Part shown: positions 1-9,309 of the stretch, one piece after another | Position numbering within the stretch: position 1 is the stretch's first letter | Layout of the letters: each line of letters starts with the position of its first letter | Source: a virus | IMG/VR virus record: IMGVR_UViG_3300008255_000111 | Span: 32,001-96,000 of that record | Direction: 5' to 3' (one strand) | Length of the DNA stretch: 64,000 nucleotides | Position numbers and translations under genes: made by a program | Notes under the pieces: generated by a model | Database searches by the model: none | What the model was told of the DNA's origin: nothing | Seen by the model: only the letters and a program-made list of their open reading frames with translations

Positions 1-414
1 GCGCCCGAAGATCGTAGCCAGCTCACAAGTCGAGATTGAAGCCCCACTGCTTAAGGCTCCACGAGGCTCAGGCTTGGAGAGGTAGAAGAAACTCAACTCC
101 TCCACTTTACCATTAAGAGTCTCGCCGCTGACCTCAACCTCGTAAAGCGCTATCGGATAACTGGCCCTCTTAGGAATGTTGCGAAGCTGCTCATGCACGA
201 CCTCAAAGAGCGCATAAGGGTCGAGCCAATCACTGCACCTGTACCTGAAGTGCGTTTCCCAGAGCATCGTATGGACGTTATTTTTGATCTCGACGACCTC
301 GATGCCTATCGTCGTTTTGATCTCTAGGGAGCCGCCTTTACCAAAGGACGACTCACTGCGCTCTTGAGTGATCTTGACGTGGAAGGGAGAGTCTTCGCGA
401 TAGTCGCGATACAC
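1..414 (-). CDS. partial hypothetical protein running off the left edge
   Basis: Own translation: frame open from about 468 to base 1 (..YEVYRDYREDSPFHVK..); first start codon is GTG at 414; true start uncertain. Confidence 0.5.
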   Translation of the reverse strand, partial: MYRDYREDSPFHVKITQERSESSFGKGGSLEIKTTIGIEVVEIKNNVHTMLWETHFRYRCSDWLDPYALFEVVHEQLRNIPKRASYPIALYEVEVSGETLNGKVEELSFFYLSKPEPRGALSSGASISTCELATIFGR

Positions 415-566
415 CTCGTAGGTCGCTGACTTTGAAGACTTGCGTTCATGGCTGAGCTGAGCCTGTGTTCATCTCGTGATACTCAAGAAGGTTGAGCTTG
501 GATATGACGGCCATCTTAAACCTGGGGGTTGGGAGTTGACGATTTGAGAACTCGTGAGCGCTTGTT

Positions 567-857
567 TCAGCGCCCTCGGGGGATGGGCATGGGATAGCGC
601 GAGCGCTCTGGGGTAGTTGACTGTCTATGGGCTGCCAAGACCTTGTTGACTTGCTTGAGCATCACCTCGTATGTGATGCCGTAGCCCATGTGGGCCATCT
701 TTCGCGAAAGCACATCTGCGATGCGATCTCGCGAAAGGCCGTTCAAAAAGTGGCAGTCGATGATGTCTTGAGCCATTCTGGGATGCTCAAGGATTTGACG
801 ATGCTGATGGCTCACTGGCTTGCTTTCGTCTGGTCGAAACTTCATGGCTTGCTCCAA
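567..857 (-). CDS. small hypothetical protein, possibly HTH DNA-binding
   Basis: 96 aa; LSRDRIADVL resembles an HTH helix; promoter-like sequence upstream. Confidence 0.5.
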   Translation of the reverse strand: MEQAMKFRPDESKPVSHQHRQILEHPRMAQDIIDCHFLNGLSRDRIADVLSRKMAHMGYGITYEVMLKQVNKVLAAHRQSTTPERSRYPMPIPRGR

Positions 858-935
858 GGATTGAAGGGGGTGTCGTTTGGGTTGCTGACCCTTTAACTAA
901 TAGCACCTCAGCAACTTGCGTCCATTGAAAAACAG

Positions 936-952
936 ACGCTGATGGTGCTTTT
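936..952 (-). promoter_or_regulatory. 17-bp motif AAAAGCACCATCAGCGT, copy 1 of 3
   Basis: Identical to 8376-8392 and 22607-22623; all intergenic. Confidence 0.7.
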
Positions 953-1067
953 ATATCTGGAGATTCTGGCGCATGAAGTGCGATGGTGAGCTGTGATGAT
1001 TGACTGAGCGAGCGCTAGGCCCCCTAGCCCTGGATGTGGCATTTAGCTGCTCTAAGCGCGCGCTCTA

Positions 1068-1268
1068 AGCCCTGTCTAGGGCGGCAGCTTGAAACTTGAG
1101 GTATAGGTCGCCTCGTTGAGCTGACTCGTCTTAAGCGATTCTAGGGCCTTGGCACTAGCCCTGTCTAGGGCGTGAGCTGAAGACTTGAGGTATAGGGTTG
1201 GATGTCTAAGATGAATCGTCTTGGGCGATTCTATGGGCTTTAAAACTGGCCCTGTATAGGTTTGAGGC
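1068..1268. repeat. ~90-bp imperfect tandem repeat (about 2.2 units) in non-coding DNA
   Basis: GCCCTGT(C/A)TAGG units start near 1068, 1157 and 1248; the two full units share ACTTGAGGTATAGG and TCGTCTTnnGCGATTCTA. Confidence 0.85.
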
Positions 1269-1293
1269 CCCTGACTCGGTGTGAAGTAGGCGC

Positions 1294-1321
1294 AAAAAAA
1301 GCCCCCCTCGCAAGGGGGGCT
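1294..1321 (-). terminator. rho-independent terminator
   Basis: AGCCCCCC-TCGCAA-GGGGGGCT hairpin with an A-run on + (U-tail on -), downstream of 1347..2135. Confidence 0.8.
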
Positions 1322-1346
1322 CTAAGGGGGGCTCTAGAGGTAAGGG

Positions 1347-2135
1347 TTACACTAAGAGGCTTTTAGCGCGCTTGAGTAGCGAAGCGGCGATTTTGGCGTT
1401 AAGCGCCTCGTCGCTGCGCTTCTGCGCTGCTTTGATGTCCTCGGTTGGGTTAGCGCGCTGTTGGATGATTCTATGGGCACCTTCTAGGTATAGGATCGAC
1501 TCGTGTAATGAGGTAGTGATGCACGCCCTGCTTAGCGTGTAGAAGTCTCTATGGCGATCTAAGAAGATCGCGAGAGGATCTTGATCTGCGTTGCCTGTAA
1601 TGGCGAGCTTAAGTTTAAGCGCGTCTAACTCCCTACTCAGCGCGCTGACGCTCATTTTGCGAGCTAAGCAGTCTTCTTGAGCTTGAAGCGCAACTGAGAT
1701 GAGCTGCTTAAGCTCCTCGTGGGCGTTCCTGTCCTCGTGAGTGAGATGCCCTTCGACTAGGCGCTTACTATTGAAAAGGCTGGGGTCGTCCCATTTGGCC
1801 TCGAAGACTTCGCGGCGCTGCTCGAAGATCGCTCTATGGAGCGATAGGTTGCTAAACTCGTAGCACTTGATGAGCTGGTCGCCTAAAGGAAGGTAGGCGT
1901 TGAGCGCCTTACTAGATGGCGTGTTGTTAAACTTAAGATGCCCGTAGGCCCTCTTGATGTTTGGCGTCTTATGCTCGTCCCAGAAGAATGGGATGTCCCC
2001 TTCTGCGAACCTCTGCTTGAGGTAGTGCAAAACTGGCTGAGCGAGTTCTGGCCTCTGGAGCTTGAGCGCGTTGATAAGGTCTTCGTTGCTGCTCTTGGGG
2101 TTGTGGCATGTGCTTCTAAGCTCTGAAAATGACAT
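1347..2135 (-). CDS. FGxxRS-motif protein, paralog of 9310..10071
   Basis: N-terminus MSFSELRS; shared blocks DIPFFW, RREVFEAK, ISVALQAQE. Confidence 0.85.
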   Translation of the reverse strand: MSFSELRSTCHNPKSSNEDLINALKLQRPELAQPVLHYLKQRFAEGDIPFFWDEHKTPNIKRAYGHLKFNNTPSSKALNAYLPLGDQLIKCYEFSNLSLHRAIFEQRREVFEAKWDDPSLFNSKRLVEGHLTHEDRNAHEELKQLISVALQAQEDCLARKMSVSALSRELDALKLKLAITGNADQDPLAIFLDRHRDFYTLSRACITTSLHESILYLEGAHRIIQQRANPTEDIKAAQKRSDEALNAKIAASLLKRAKSLLV

Positions 2136-2200
2136 TTTGCCGCTCGTGTTTGAAGGTTGGGTTAAAGGGCGTTGCAGCGGGTTGGGCTGCTGTTGATTTA

Positions 2201-2228
2201 AGTCTGGATTGAACTAGCCTGAGCGCAA
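2201..2228 (-). promoter_or_regulatory. phage promoter family, TTGCGC-N16-CAGACT
   Basis: CTAGT at spacer positions 6-10; upstream ATCAAAAAACAC tract. Confidence 0.65.
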
Positions 2229-2426
2229 GTGTTTTTTGATATTGGATGCGTTTTTTATTAGCGTTTAACTAGCTTTAACTGAGCTTTGCGTGAGCTGTTT
2301 GATAGTTGAGTGGCGATGATTGAGCTGGAAGCCTGACTAGCGTTTTACTAGAGCTTTGCATGTTGTGTTGTGGGCGGCAGCGCACCTTACTTTATACTTT
2401 ATAACTTAAGATGCGCTGCGAGAAGC

Positions 2427-3671
2427 CTACTTGGTGGAGTAGCGCTTGCCTGTCGTGACGATGTAGCGATCGTGGTTGTCCTCATCTGACTCGGCGCGCT
2501 TCATCTTCTCGACCTCAATGTGGCTCAGGTCAACGTGTCCCCAGGTGCAAAGCACGTTCCCCATGTGCTCGCCCAGGGTGTTGATAAGGTGCCTGATATG
2601 GGAGGCGAGCCCTTCGACATCCACGCGGTCGCCGTAGAACAGCCTGGAGGTGTGGTTGTAGCCAAGCTCGATGAGCAGCTTGTCGATCCCGGCCCGCGTG
2701 GCCTCATCTAGCTCAAGCTCACCGACTAGGGCGCTGTCCCTTTTCATCAGCTTCACGGCATGAAGTGCGTCGTCAACTGCCGCCTTGATGCTCGCGTTCG
2801 CATCGAGCATGTTAGGTGCCAATGCACCAGCGCGACGATAGTGGTTGCTCTCTCCCACGATCGTAAAAGGCAGCTCATGAGAGCTGATGCCATTAAGCGC
2901 ATCGACGACATGCTCGATCAGGCATCGCGCCAGGATGAAGTCTTGAGGCACAGCGATTCCAAGGTAGTCATCCCCTGGATCAAGCAGCTTATATTGAAGC
3001 GCGAGCGCTTCTAGCGCTTCCAGCGTGCTCGCATCCTCGAACGATTCGTCCCAATACTCGTCAAGGTTGCTGAAGCCCTGATCTTGCTCGCGCAAGATCG
3101 CTCGGACCTTCTCGATGGCTCGGGGTAGACCGTCATCGGGGTAGAGGTCATCTACCTCGGCGGACCGTGCATTGTAGTACAACTCGCGCCAGTGCTTGAC
3201 CAGCCTTGCGTCGCGTTTGTCCTTGGGATCTTCGGGCTCCTCGGCGGCGCTGATCATCTCTTTGAAGCGCTCAAGCAAGTCCTTGATCCAACGATCATAA
3301 AGGTCTTGCTGCGCTAGCTTTAAGTCCTGCTTAGGAGGGCGGCGTGTGGCTCTGATGAGGTTATCGATAAAGGTCACATCGTCCTGCTGCCTAAGCGCCT
3401 TGATCTGGCGAATGAAGGTGCTGTCACCCCTTGGGGAGAACTCATAGCTGCGCTTAATGGGCTCAGGCAGCTTGATCACTAAGGGTTGCTCCATGCCGAT
3501 GATGTAGACGCGCTCACCGTCCTGATGCGGATTCAGGCTCTTGATCAGTCGGATCGTGTGAGGGTTTCTATGGTCGGTGAAGGCGATCTTGATCTCATAC
3601 TCATCAAAGTGGATCGCGCAGTTGTATCGACCAATGGTCTTGTGGGGCTCTTTGTTGAAGTGAAACTGCAT
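2427..3671 (-). CDS. hypothetical protein (~414 aa)
   Basis: Long ORF; start moved to ATG 3671 (MQFHF) because of the CAGGAG SD upstream. Confidence 0.8.
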   Translation of the reverse strand: MQFHFNKEPHKTIGRYNCAIHFDEYEIKIAFTDHRNPHTIRLIKSLNPHQDGERVYIIGMEQPLVIKLPEPIKRSYEFSPRGDSTFIRQIKALRQQDDVTFIDNLIRATRRPPKQDLKLAQQDLYDRWIKDLLERFKEMISAAEEPEDPKDKRDARLVKHWRELYYNARSAEVDDLYPDDGLPRAIEKVRAILREQDQGFSNLDEYWDESFEDASTLEALEALALQYKLLDPGDDYLGIAVPQDFILARCLIEHVVDALNGISSHELPFTIVGESNHYRRAGALAPNMLDANASIKAAVDDALHAVKLMKRDSALVGELELDEATRAGIDKLLIELGYNHTSRLFYGDRVDVEGLASHIRHLINTLGEHMGNVLCTWGHVDLSHIEVEKMKRAESDEDNHDRYIVTTGKRYSTK

Positions 3672-3709
3672 CTCGGGCTCTCCTGCGGGTTGAATAGGTG
3701 ACTTGGATG

Positions 3710-3735
3710 AATGACTGCAATCGATTGCAGTCATT
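3710..3735. repeat. CTGCAATCGATTGCAG palindrome (core 3715-3730), extended to 26 bp
   Basis: AATGA-core-TCATT. Confidence 0.95.
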
Positions 3736-3750
3736 GTCTCGACTTGAAGA

Positions 3751-4095
3751 TCAGCCGTGCTTGATAGGCTTGTCCGGGTTCGTGTAGGAGGTGATCTGCA
3801 CCAGCGCCTTGAAGTAGGGCTGCGATGTCGGCATAAACACCGCCAAATTAGCGATGCTCAGCATGTTAGTCGCCCAAGCGAGCATCACATCACGCCCTGG
3901 GGTATCGCCAATCTTGACGTAGGGCGGCGAGAGGTAAAAACCAGTCGCCTCGCAGTTGGCAGGCTTGGGTACTTTAAGGTAGGCGGCGTAAACCAACTGA
4001 CCTTCCAAATGGCCGCGATAGATGCCGACCAAGCATCCATCAAAGTCATGGGTTTCCAAATGATCAAAGCCTTCAAAGTGTTCAGTATGGGACAT
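3751..4095 (-). CDS. hypothetical protein
   Basis: ORF; ATG at 4095 has a GGAG SD. Confidence 0.7.
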   Translation of the reverse strand: MSHTEHFEGFDHLETHDFDGCLVGIYRGHLEGQLVYAAYLKVPKPANCEATGFYLSPPYVKIGDTPGRDVMLAWATNMLSIANLAVFMPTSQPYFKALVQITSYTNPDKPIKHG

Positions 4096-4264
4096 AAGGG
4101 CTCCATTGAATTGAGCGCAAGGCGACCTGACACAACGGGCATCCATTGTGTCGGGTAGGTCTGCGGGTTATGACGTGCTGCGAGGGTTAGCTCGCCTTAC
4201 AAAAACAACTTAGGGCATACATCCTGGCGGCGCCAATGGTTTTTGCGCTCCGTTGGTGCGCCTT

Positions 4265-4672
4265 TCAAGAAGGGTTCTCAAGCGCGTCCAGCTCATCAAA
4301 GGTGGCCAACAAGCTGCGCGCGATGTGCCAGCCCATGTAGTAGCTACCCTCGGTGGCGGCGTAGTCCATGCCGTCGAGATTCTTACCTGCCCCTGCCACA
4401 ACGATCACGCCGATCATGTAGCCCCACATATAGGGATCGGAGATGTCTGGAAGCCAACCCCTGAGCTTCGATTTGTCTTCAACGTCTTCATTGAGATATG
4501 CCTGGACAGGGCCTTGCTTGAAGCTGAAGCCGCTTCGCATCACCAATGGACGTGACACCATGTTACAATGCTTGCGCACGAAGATCATGCCTTCCTTGGC
4601 CTCAAAGCGTGGATGCTCCATGAGCAGCTTGGCGATCTCAGCATTCTGGTCGTGGTCATAGAAAGTGGACAT
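4265..4672 (-). CDS. hypothetical protein
   Basis: 135 aa ORF with GGAG SD. Confidence 0.75.
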   Translation of the reverse strand: MSTFYDHDQNAEIAKLLMEHPRFEAKEGMIFVRKHCNMVSRPLVMRSGFSFKQGPVQAYLNEDVEDKSKLRGWLPDISDPYMWGYMIGVIVVAGAGKNLDGMDYAATEGSYYMGWHIARSLLATFDELDALENPS

Positions 4673-4733
4673 AAAGGCTCCAGTGAGACTGGCGCGATTC
4701 TTCGCGCCATAGAGTGAGAGGGGAAGGCCCGGC

Positions 4734-5657
4734 TTAAGCCAACATGCCTTGGGGTGGATCTAGGCTTTTCTGCTCCAGGCGTGCGAGGTGTTTCTGCGTG
4801 GCAATGGCCCTGACTTCTGGTTCTGCGTTCTCAGCGCCGTAGAGCCGATGCACGCATTCTTCTACATTCCTGAAGTCTTCCATGATGATTTTTCCACGAT
4901 ACAGCACCTCGCGAGGGTGCCCGTTTTCTTGGCGGTTCAGGTTGGTCCTGAAGTACGTCGGGTCATTAATGCACTGGTAGAGATCGTCAAGACAATCAAA
5001 GCAGTGGTCCATGCTCGTCTTATAGGTGAGCAGCGGCAGCAGCGGCCAGCCTTTCGCCACAAGCGGGAGCCGGACAAAGTAAGGCGTCATCATCACGTCA
5101 TACGAGCGCTTGGAGCGGCTCATCGATTGCGTGAACGTATAATAGGTAGGACGGGGAGGCGCCTTGCTCTCGACGAGCGCCCTATTCATCATGATCAGAT
5201 CCTGAATCAAAGGCTCAGGATGGCGACGATCGCGAATCATCCACGCGAGGCAGCCATCGCCCCGACCTGGGAGCCCGCTGGCAAACATCTGGCCAAAGAG
5301 CGCCTTGTGCTCGTAGACCATGCTAAAGCTCATGGTGGAGTTGGGCATGTCGATGTAAGTGACTTTGCGATTGACCTTGGCCTTGATCACAAGGCCAAAG
5401 GTCGGCTTAAGGATCATCTGAAAGAGGTAGACTTTAGGCACCTTGGGCAGCATGAGCCCGCTCTTTTTGTCGAGCCATTCAGAGATCCTGGGGATGTAGG
5501 GCTTGACGTAGGCCCGCGCTGACTCAAAGTCAACGCCAAGCGCCTCCTGATCGTGGAGGTCGATCCCATAGAGTTCTAGGCTTGGTTTGTTACAGAAGGC
5601 GCGCAGATCACCGAACGTAAAGCGGCGACCTTCAACGGGCAGTTGAGGGATGGGCAT
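4734..5657 (-). CDS. FGxxRS-motif protein
   Basis: ..RRFTFGDLRAFCN..; SD CAGGAG. Confidence 0.85.
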   Translation of the reverse strand: MPIPQLPVEGRRFTFGDLRAFCNKPSLELYGIDLHDQEALGVDFESARAYVKPYIPRISEWLDKKSGLMLPKVPKVYLFQMILKPTFGLVIKAKVNRKVTYIDMPNSTMSFSMVYEHKALFGQMFASGLPGRGDGCLAWMIRDRRHPEPLIQDLIMMNRALVESKAPPRPTYYTFTQSMSRSKRSYDVMMTPYFVRLPLVAKGWPLLPLLTYKTSMDHCFDCLDDLYQCINDPTYFRTNLNRQENGHPREVLYRGKIIMEDFRNVEECVHRLYGAENAEPEVRAIATQKHLARLEQKSLDPPQGMLA

Positions 5658-5705
5658 GACTTGCTCCTGCGGGAAAGTCGGGTTTGGGATGACGAGAAGT
5701 TCGGG

Positions 5706-5731
5706 CTTAGCTGCAATCTATTGCAGCTAAG
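5706..5731. repeat. palindrome variant CTGCAATCTATTGCAG (core 5711-5726)
   Basis: CTTAG-core-CTAAG; mismatch lies in the central 4 nt. Confidence 0.9.
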
Positions 5732-5807
5732 TCGACTAGAAGGTTAAAGAGCGCCCAGCTCACGCTCGATCTCAGCCAAGGTCGAAGCTTTCCATGCTTA
5801 CAAGACA

Positions 5808-5835
5808 ACTATGAAGCGCACTAACCAAGCGTCAA
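5808..5835 (-). promoter_or_regulatory. promoter family, TTGACG-N16-CATAGT
   Basis: TTAGT at spacer positions 6-10. Confidence 0.65.
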
Positions 5836-5838
5836 ACC

Positions 5839-6771
5839 TTAAGTGCTGCTCGATGGTGCTTTATCAAAATAAGAGGCGATCAGCTCTTTGACCTCAAGGA
5901 TATACCGCTCAAGATCGGCCTCATCACTCGAAGGCTTTAAGAGCCGGGGGAGGCATTCACCTGTCACCACGTCGATCACCCAGACATACTCGGGGTGATA
6001 GGAGTCGAAGAACAGGCGGTCGCAGACCAGCCATCCGTTGCGCCCATGATAGTCATAGGGATCGTTGCTGAGCATGACCACAGGCAGCGCACTATCATGG
6101 GGCCGCGCCAAGTTGACAGCGCTCGCGATCGTCATCCTGTTTGGCTTCTTCAGCTTCGGATGGACAGGCATCTTCGAGTAGTCAAAGCCATGATCCATCT
6201 TCTTGATGTAGCAAGGCAGGGGCTCTAAGACCCCTTTAGCTCTGCGCACGTCAAGCACGAACCAGCCGTTATTATGCAAGATCAAGCGCGTCGCAGCGTA
6301 GAACAGGCGCTTCTGCCCTTCTGCGCTCATGATGAGCCACTGCTTCTTTGCCTCGGTGAGCCCGCCAAGCACCTTGAGCTTGCGCGTGCGCGGCGTCACT
6401 GGCGCATAGGTGTCAACTCCCAGCACATAGTCAAAGAAGTCCCTATGCGCCTCGGTGTTAGGTACGACGCCTGAACAGAAGACATCCACGAAGCGCTCGG
6501 TCAGCGGCAGCACGTCACCTGGGCGACCGTATCGAAGGAACACTCCCATGCTCGAATCTCTAGCGGGCAGCTCGACCCTGAACTCAGTCAGCTTGAGCAG
6601 ATCCGCTTCGATGCGATCTCCCTGGCGCTCAATCGGCTCAGGAGGCTCGCTTGGGTTCATCCCCATTGAGACTAGGTAATGCGAGAGCAGCTTGTCTGAG
6701 CGCCCTTCTAAGATGTAGCTGAGCGCAGTTGTGATCCGCTGCGCGTTGTAGATGTTCTTATCCTTCTTCAA
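5839..6771 (-). CDS. hypothetical protein
   Basis: 310 aa ORF in a coupled run. Confidence 0.8.
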   Translation of the reverse strand: MKKDKNIYNAQRITTALSYILEGRSDKLLSHYLVSMGMNPSEPPEPIERQGDRIEADLLKLTEFRVELPARDSSMGVFLRYGRPGDVLPLTERFVDVFCSGVVPNTEAHRDFFDYVLGVDTYAPVTPRTRKLKVLGGLTEAKKQWLIMSAEGQKRLFYAATRLILHNNGWFVLDVRRAKGVLEPLPCYIKKMDHGFDYSKMPVHPKLKKPNRMTIASAVNLARPHDSALPVVMLSNDPYDYHGRNGWLVCDRLFFDSYHPEYVWVIDVVTGECLPRLLKPSSDEADLERYILEVKELIASYFDKAPSSST

Positions 6772-7138
6772 GGGAATCCCTCTCTAGTTGGGCTTTGATG
6801 ACCTTGCTGTCGGAGAGACGCGACGTATAAACCATCATCGTCTCAAGACCCTTGGATGCGTGGCGCGCAGCAGCGCGCTCCTCGACATCCAGGCTGCGTT
6901 CCACGCTGATCTCCGACTGGTGGTTAGACAACTCGCAAAGGTAGCGGCTGAGCGCATTGAGCCGTTCGATCGAGATGTCCATTACATTGAGGCGGCCCCT
7001 GAAGATGTCAACAAGATCCTGCGCCTCTTTTGTGCGGTCCACGCCGTCGAGGACGAACAGCTCGGGGCACTGCTCTAACAGCTCCTCGATCTCCATCTCA
7101 ATGAACGACTCGGCGTGCTCGCTTTTTGACCCTAGCAT
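6758..7138 (-). CDS. hypothetical protein
   Basis: 126 aa, coupled to neighbours. Confidence 0.75.
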   Translation of the reverse strand: MLGSKSEHAESFIEMEIEELLEQCPELFVLDGVDRTKEAQDLVDIFRGRLNVMDISIERLNALSRYLCELSNHQSEISVERSLDVEERAAARHASKGLETMMVYTSRLSDSKVIKAQLERDSLEEG

Positions 7139-7139
7139 C

Positions 7140-7529
7140 TTAAGCCTCTTTGCGTGGGATGATCGTCAGATTCATGCGCTCCATCTGCCAGTATTCTTCA
7201 GCCTCGTTGTATGTATAAGGCGCGAGCAGCGTATGTCCGCCGTCAGGCTCAAACCTGAGCACAAGCTCGCGATCGTTGACGAACGTAACGTCAAGGAAGG
7301 CGTCGCCATGCGGCGTGTCGATCAAGCGGCCCGAGATACCGTCCTCGCGCTCTGCGCCGATGACAAGCTCAGCATCTTCGCTTGTGTTCTGAGCCATTTC
7401 GATCAGGACCATGATTTTCATTGAGCTTGTCATCGCATCTCCGTCGTTTCCGTTCGCTTTCAACAACTTAAGACTCTCACTCACTGACAAAAGCGCAAGA
7501 TAAAAACAACGACTAGCGCATTTTTTCAA
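7140..7529 (-). CDS. hypothetical protein (true start probably further downstream)
   Basis: ORF in the operon run. Confidence 0.6.
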   Translation of the reverse strand: MKKCASRCFYLALLSVSESLKLLKANGNDGDAMTSSMKIMVLIEMAQNTSEDAELVIGAEREDGISGRLIDTPHGDAFLDVTFVNDRELVLRFEPDGGHTLLAPYTYNEAEEYWQMERMNLTIIPRKEA

Positions 7530-7923
7530 GCCTCGATAAGTTACGCGAGGCTGAAGACACCATGGCTAGAACGTGGTTGAGCTGATGACCAAGAAACTCG
7601 GTCCCATCAAGGCTATGGATTGACCAGCGATCGCCATCGAACAACAGGTCAAAGTCTGGATAATCCACATCGGAGAGCCTTAAGTAAGTGTAGACCATCC
7701 ACCTTAAGCGCACGGTACTTTGACTTTCTGACTTCACGACGTTGCGGCAATAGAGCCGCGCAGCTCTGGAGCCATTAGGCAGGGTGGTTACGTCCAACTC
7801 AAAGAGAAGAAACACCCTAGAGGCGTGAAACTGGAGGCCGTCGTCGCTCAAGTCGGAAGGCGTTTGGTTCGTCCCAAACGCCGCAAGCTCGTTAAGGCGT
7901 TCCTTCATAAGCTCGTTCATCAC
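7513..7923 (-). CDS. hypothetical protein
   Basis: 136 aa, overlaps the upstream stop. Confidence 0.7.
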   Translation of the reverse strand: MMNELMKERLNELAAFGTNQTPSDLSDDGLQFHASRVFLLFELDVTTLPNGSRAARLYCRNVVKSESQSTVRLRWMVYTYLRLSDVDYPDFDLLFDGDRWSIHSLDGTEFLGHQLNHVLAMVSSASRNLSRLEKMR

Positions 7924-8288
7924 ACCACCAAGTTAAAGGTCACGCCACTAGAGCGACCATGCTGCCCAGGCGCGTCACTGCGCACCTTGGCGATCACTCG
8001 ATCGAGATCGCCGTTGCTCATGGCGCCGAAGACTACTGAGTCAAACTGCGCAGTCTCCATCGCTTCGACCGCCTGCGCGTCGTCATTTGACGACCTGATG
8101 ATCTTGGCGATGTGACGCACTGCCAAGCCAAGCTGATCGATGTGATGCTCTATCTGCGCGATCAGCTCAACATCTTCAGCGTCTGCGCGCGCGCCCTCAA
8201 GGTAGTCGCTCAAGTCCTCACAGCGCTCTCTAAGAGCGATCAACGTTTTCATGCTCATAATGTCTCTCCTGGGTTGCGCTCCCTTCAT
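7920..8288 (-). CDS. hypothetical helical protein
   Basis: 122 aa ORF. Confidence 0.7.
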   Translation of the reverse strand: MKGAQPRRDIMSMKTLIALRERCEDLSDYLEGARADAEDVELIAQIEHHIDQLGLAVRHIAKIIRSSNDDAQAVEAMETAQFDSVVFGAMSNGDLDRVIAKVRSDAPGQHGRSSGVTFNLVV

Positions 8289-8375
8289 TTGGAAGCGACT
8301 TGTTTGGTTTGGCAGCGGGCTAGCTGCTCATGTTTAGACTTTAACGCTCCTCCAACTGATGAAAAGCAAAAAAGC

Positions 8376-8392
8376 ACGCTGATGGTGCTTTT
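8376..8392 (-). promoter_or_regulatory. 17-bp motif AAAAGCACCATCAGCGT, copy 2 of 3
   Basis: Lies between the hairpin at ~8400-8431 and a TAAAGT -10-like box. Confidence 0.7.
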
Positions 8393-8433
8393 TTCAAAAG
8401 AGCGAGGCGGGCTCTTAGGCCCGCCTCGCTCGA

Positions 8434-8646
8434 TCAAAGCTCTACCTCCTCGACGCTGAGGTCGGGGGGGATCATCGGCTGCCCTGTCTCTTTGTCGAGG
8501 TAGGGCCGCGCGCCTGCGTGAAAGCACATCGCCAAGTAGGCTTGAAGCTCATCCTTGCCCTTATACAAGGGCGGCGGCGTCGTCTCATCGAGAGAGTTGG
8601 CGAGGCGCCGATCTCTCTTACTCACGAACCTGAAGTATCGTTGCAT
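8434..8646 (-). CDS. small hypothetical protein
   Basis: 70 aa, followed by the hairpin GAGCGAGGCGGGC..GCCCGCCTCGCTC. Confidence 0.65.
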   Translation of the reverse strand: MQRYFRFVSKRDRRLANSLDETTPPPLYKGKDELQAYLAMCFHAGARPYLDKETGQPMIPPDLSVEEVEL

Positions 8647-8730
8647 GACCTGTCTCTTATGGTGCGTGTTGACAAAGAAGCGCGCTCAGCGAGCGCTCCC
8701 CCATAGTCAGCATATTAAGCACCTGAGCCC

Positions 8731-9222
8731 TTACAATAAACCCTTCAAGCCGAGCTGCGCCTGAATAAGCACCATCGCCCACGAGGTCAGGAGGTGCCAG
8801 GAGTTGTCCACGATGAAGATCGACCACGGCCCGAGGCCCTGTTTAAAGCCCTTCTGGCCAGCAAGATCCATATAGGGCACCGCCAGCCTGAAATGATCAA
8901 TGAGGAAGTGCGTGACAAAGCAAAGCAAGAGCATCCAAGGGCTCAGCTTACCAAGCGTGAGGGCGCCGCAGGCCGCAGTATAGATCGCGCAGTGTACTAG
9001 GCAGATCAAAGCCGCCTTGGCCTGTTCTGACGCTGTGGGCTCGTACCAGTGACCCCTTAGCTTGCTCTCGGGGTCGATCGGATGATCAAGATAACAATCA
9101 CTCTCCTTGGGCAGCTCGATGAAGGTGCGCTTGCGCCTCGTCTTACCGTTGGCCAAGTAGTCGTTTTGGAGCAGGTAGTCGCCAACAAAGTGAGCGACAA
9201 GCAGTGACGCGAGCATATCCAT
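8731..9222 (-). CDS. DUF3307-like membrane protein
   Basis: LLVAHFVGDYLLQ..H..IY..HFLID..VDNSWH pattern with hydrophobic helices. Confidence 0.8.
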   Translation of the reverse strand: MDMLASLLVAHFVGDYLLQNDYLANGKTRRKRTFIELPKESDCYLDHPIDPESKLRGHWYEPTASEQAKAALICLVHCAIYTAACGALTLGKLSPWMLLLCFVTHFLIDHFRLAVPYMDLAGQKGFKQGLGPWSIFIVDNSWHLLTSWAMVLIQAQLGLKGLL

Positions 9223-9309
9223 GACATGATCCTGATGGTGCGCGCAGGCATCGCCTACGACGTGACAAAGCGCTCAAGATTAGCTTGAGCGCAGGGGTTG
9301 GCAGTCATG

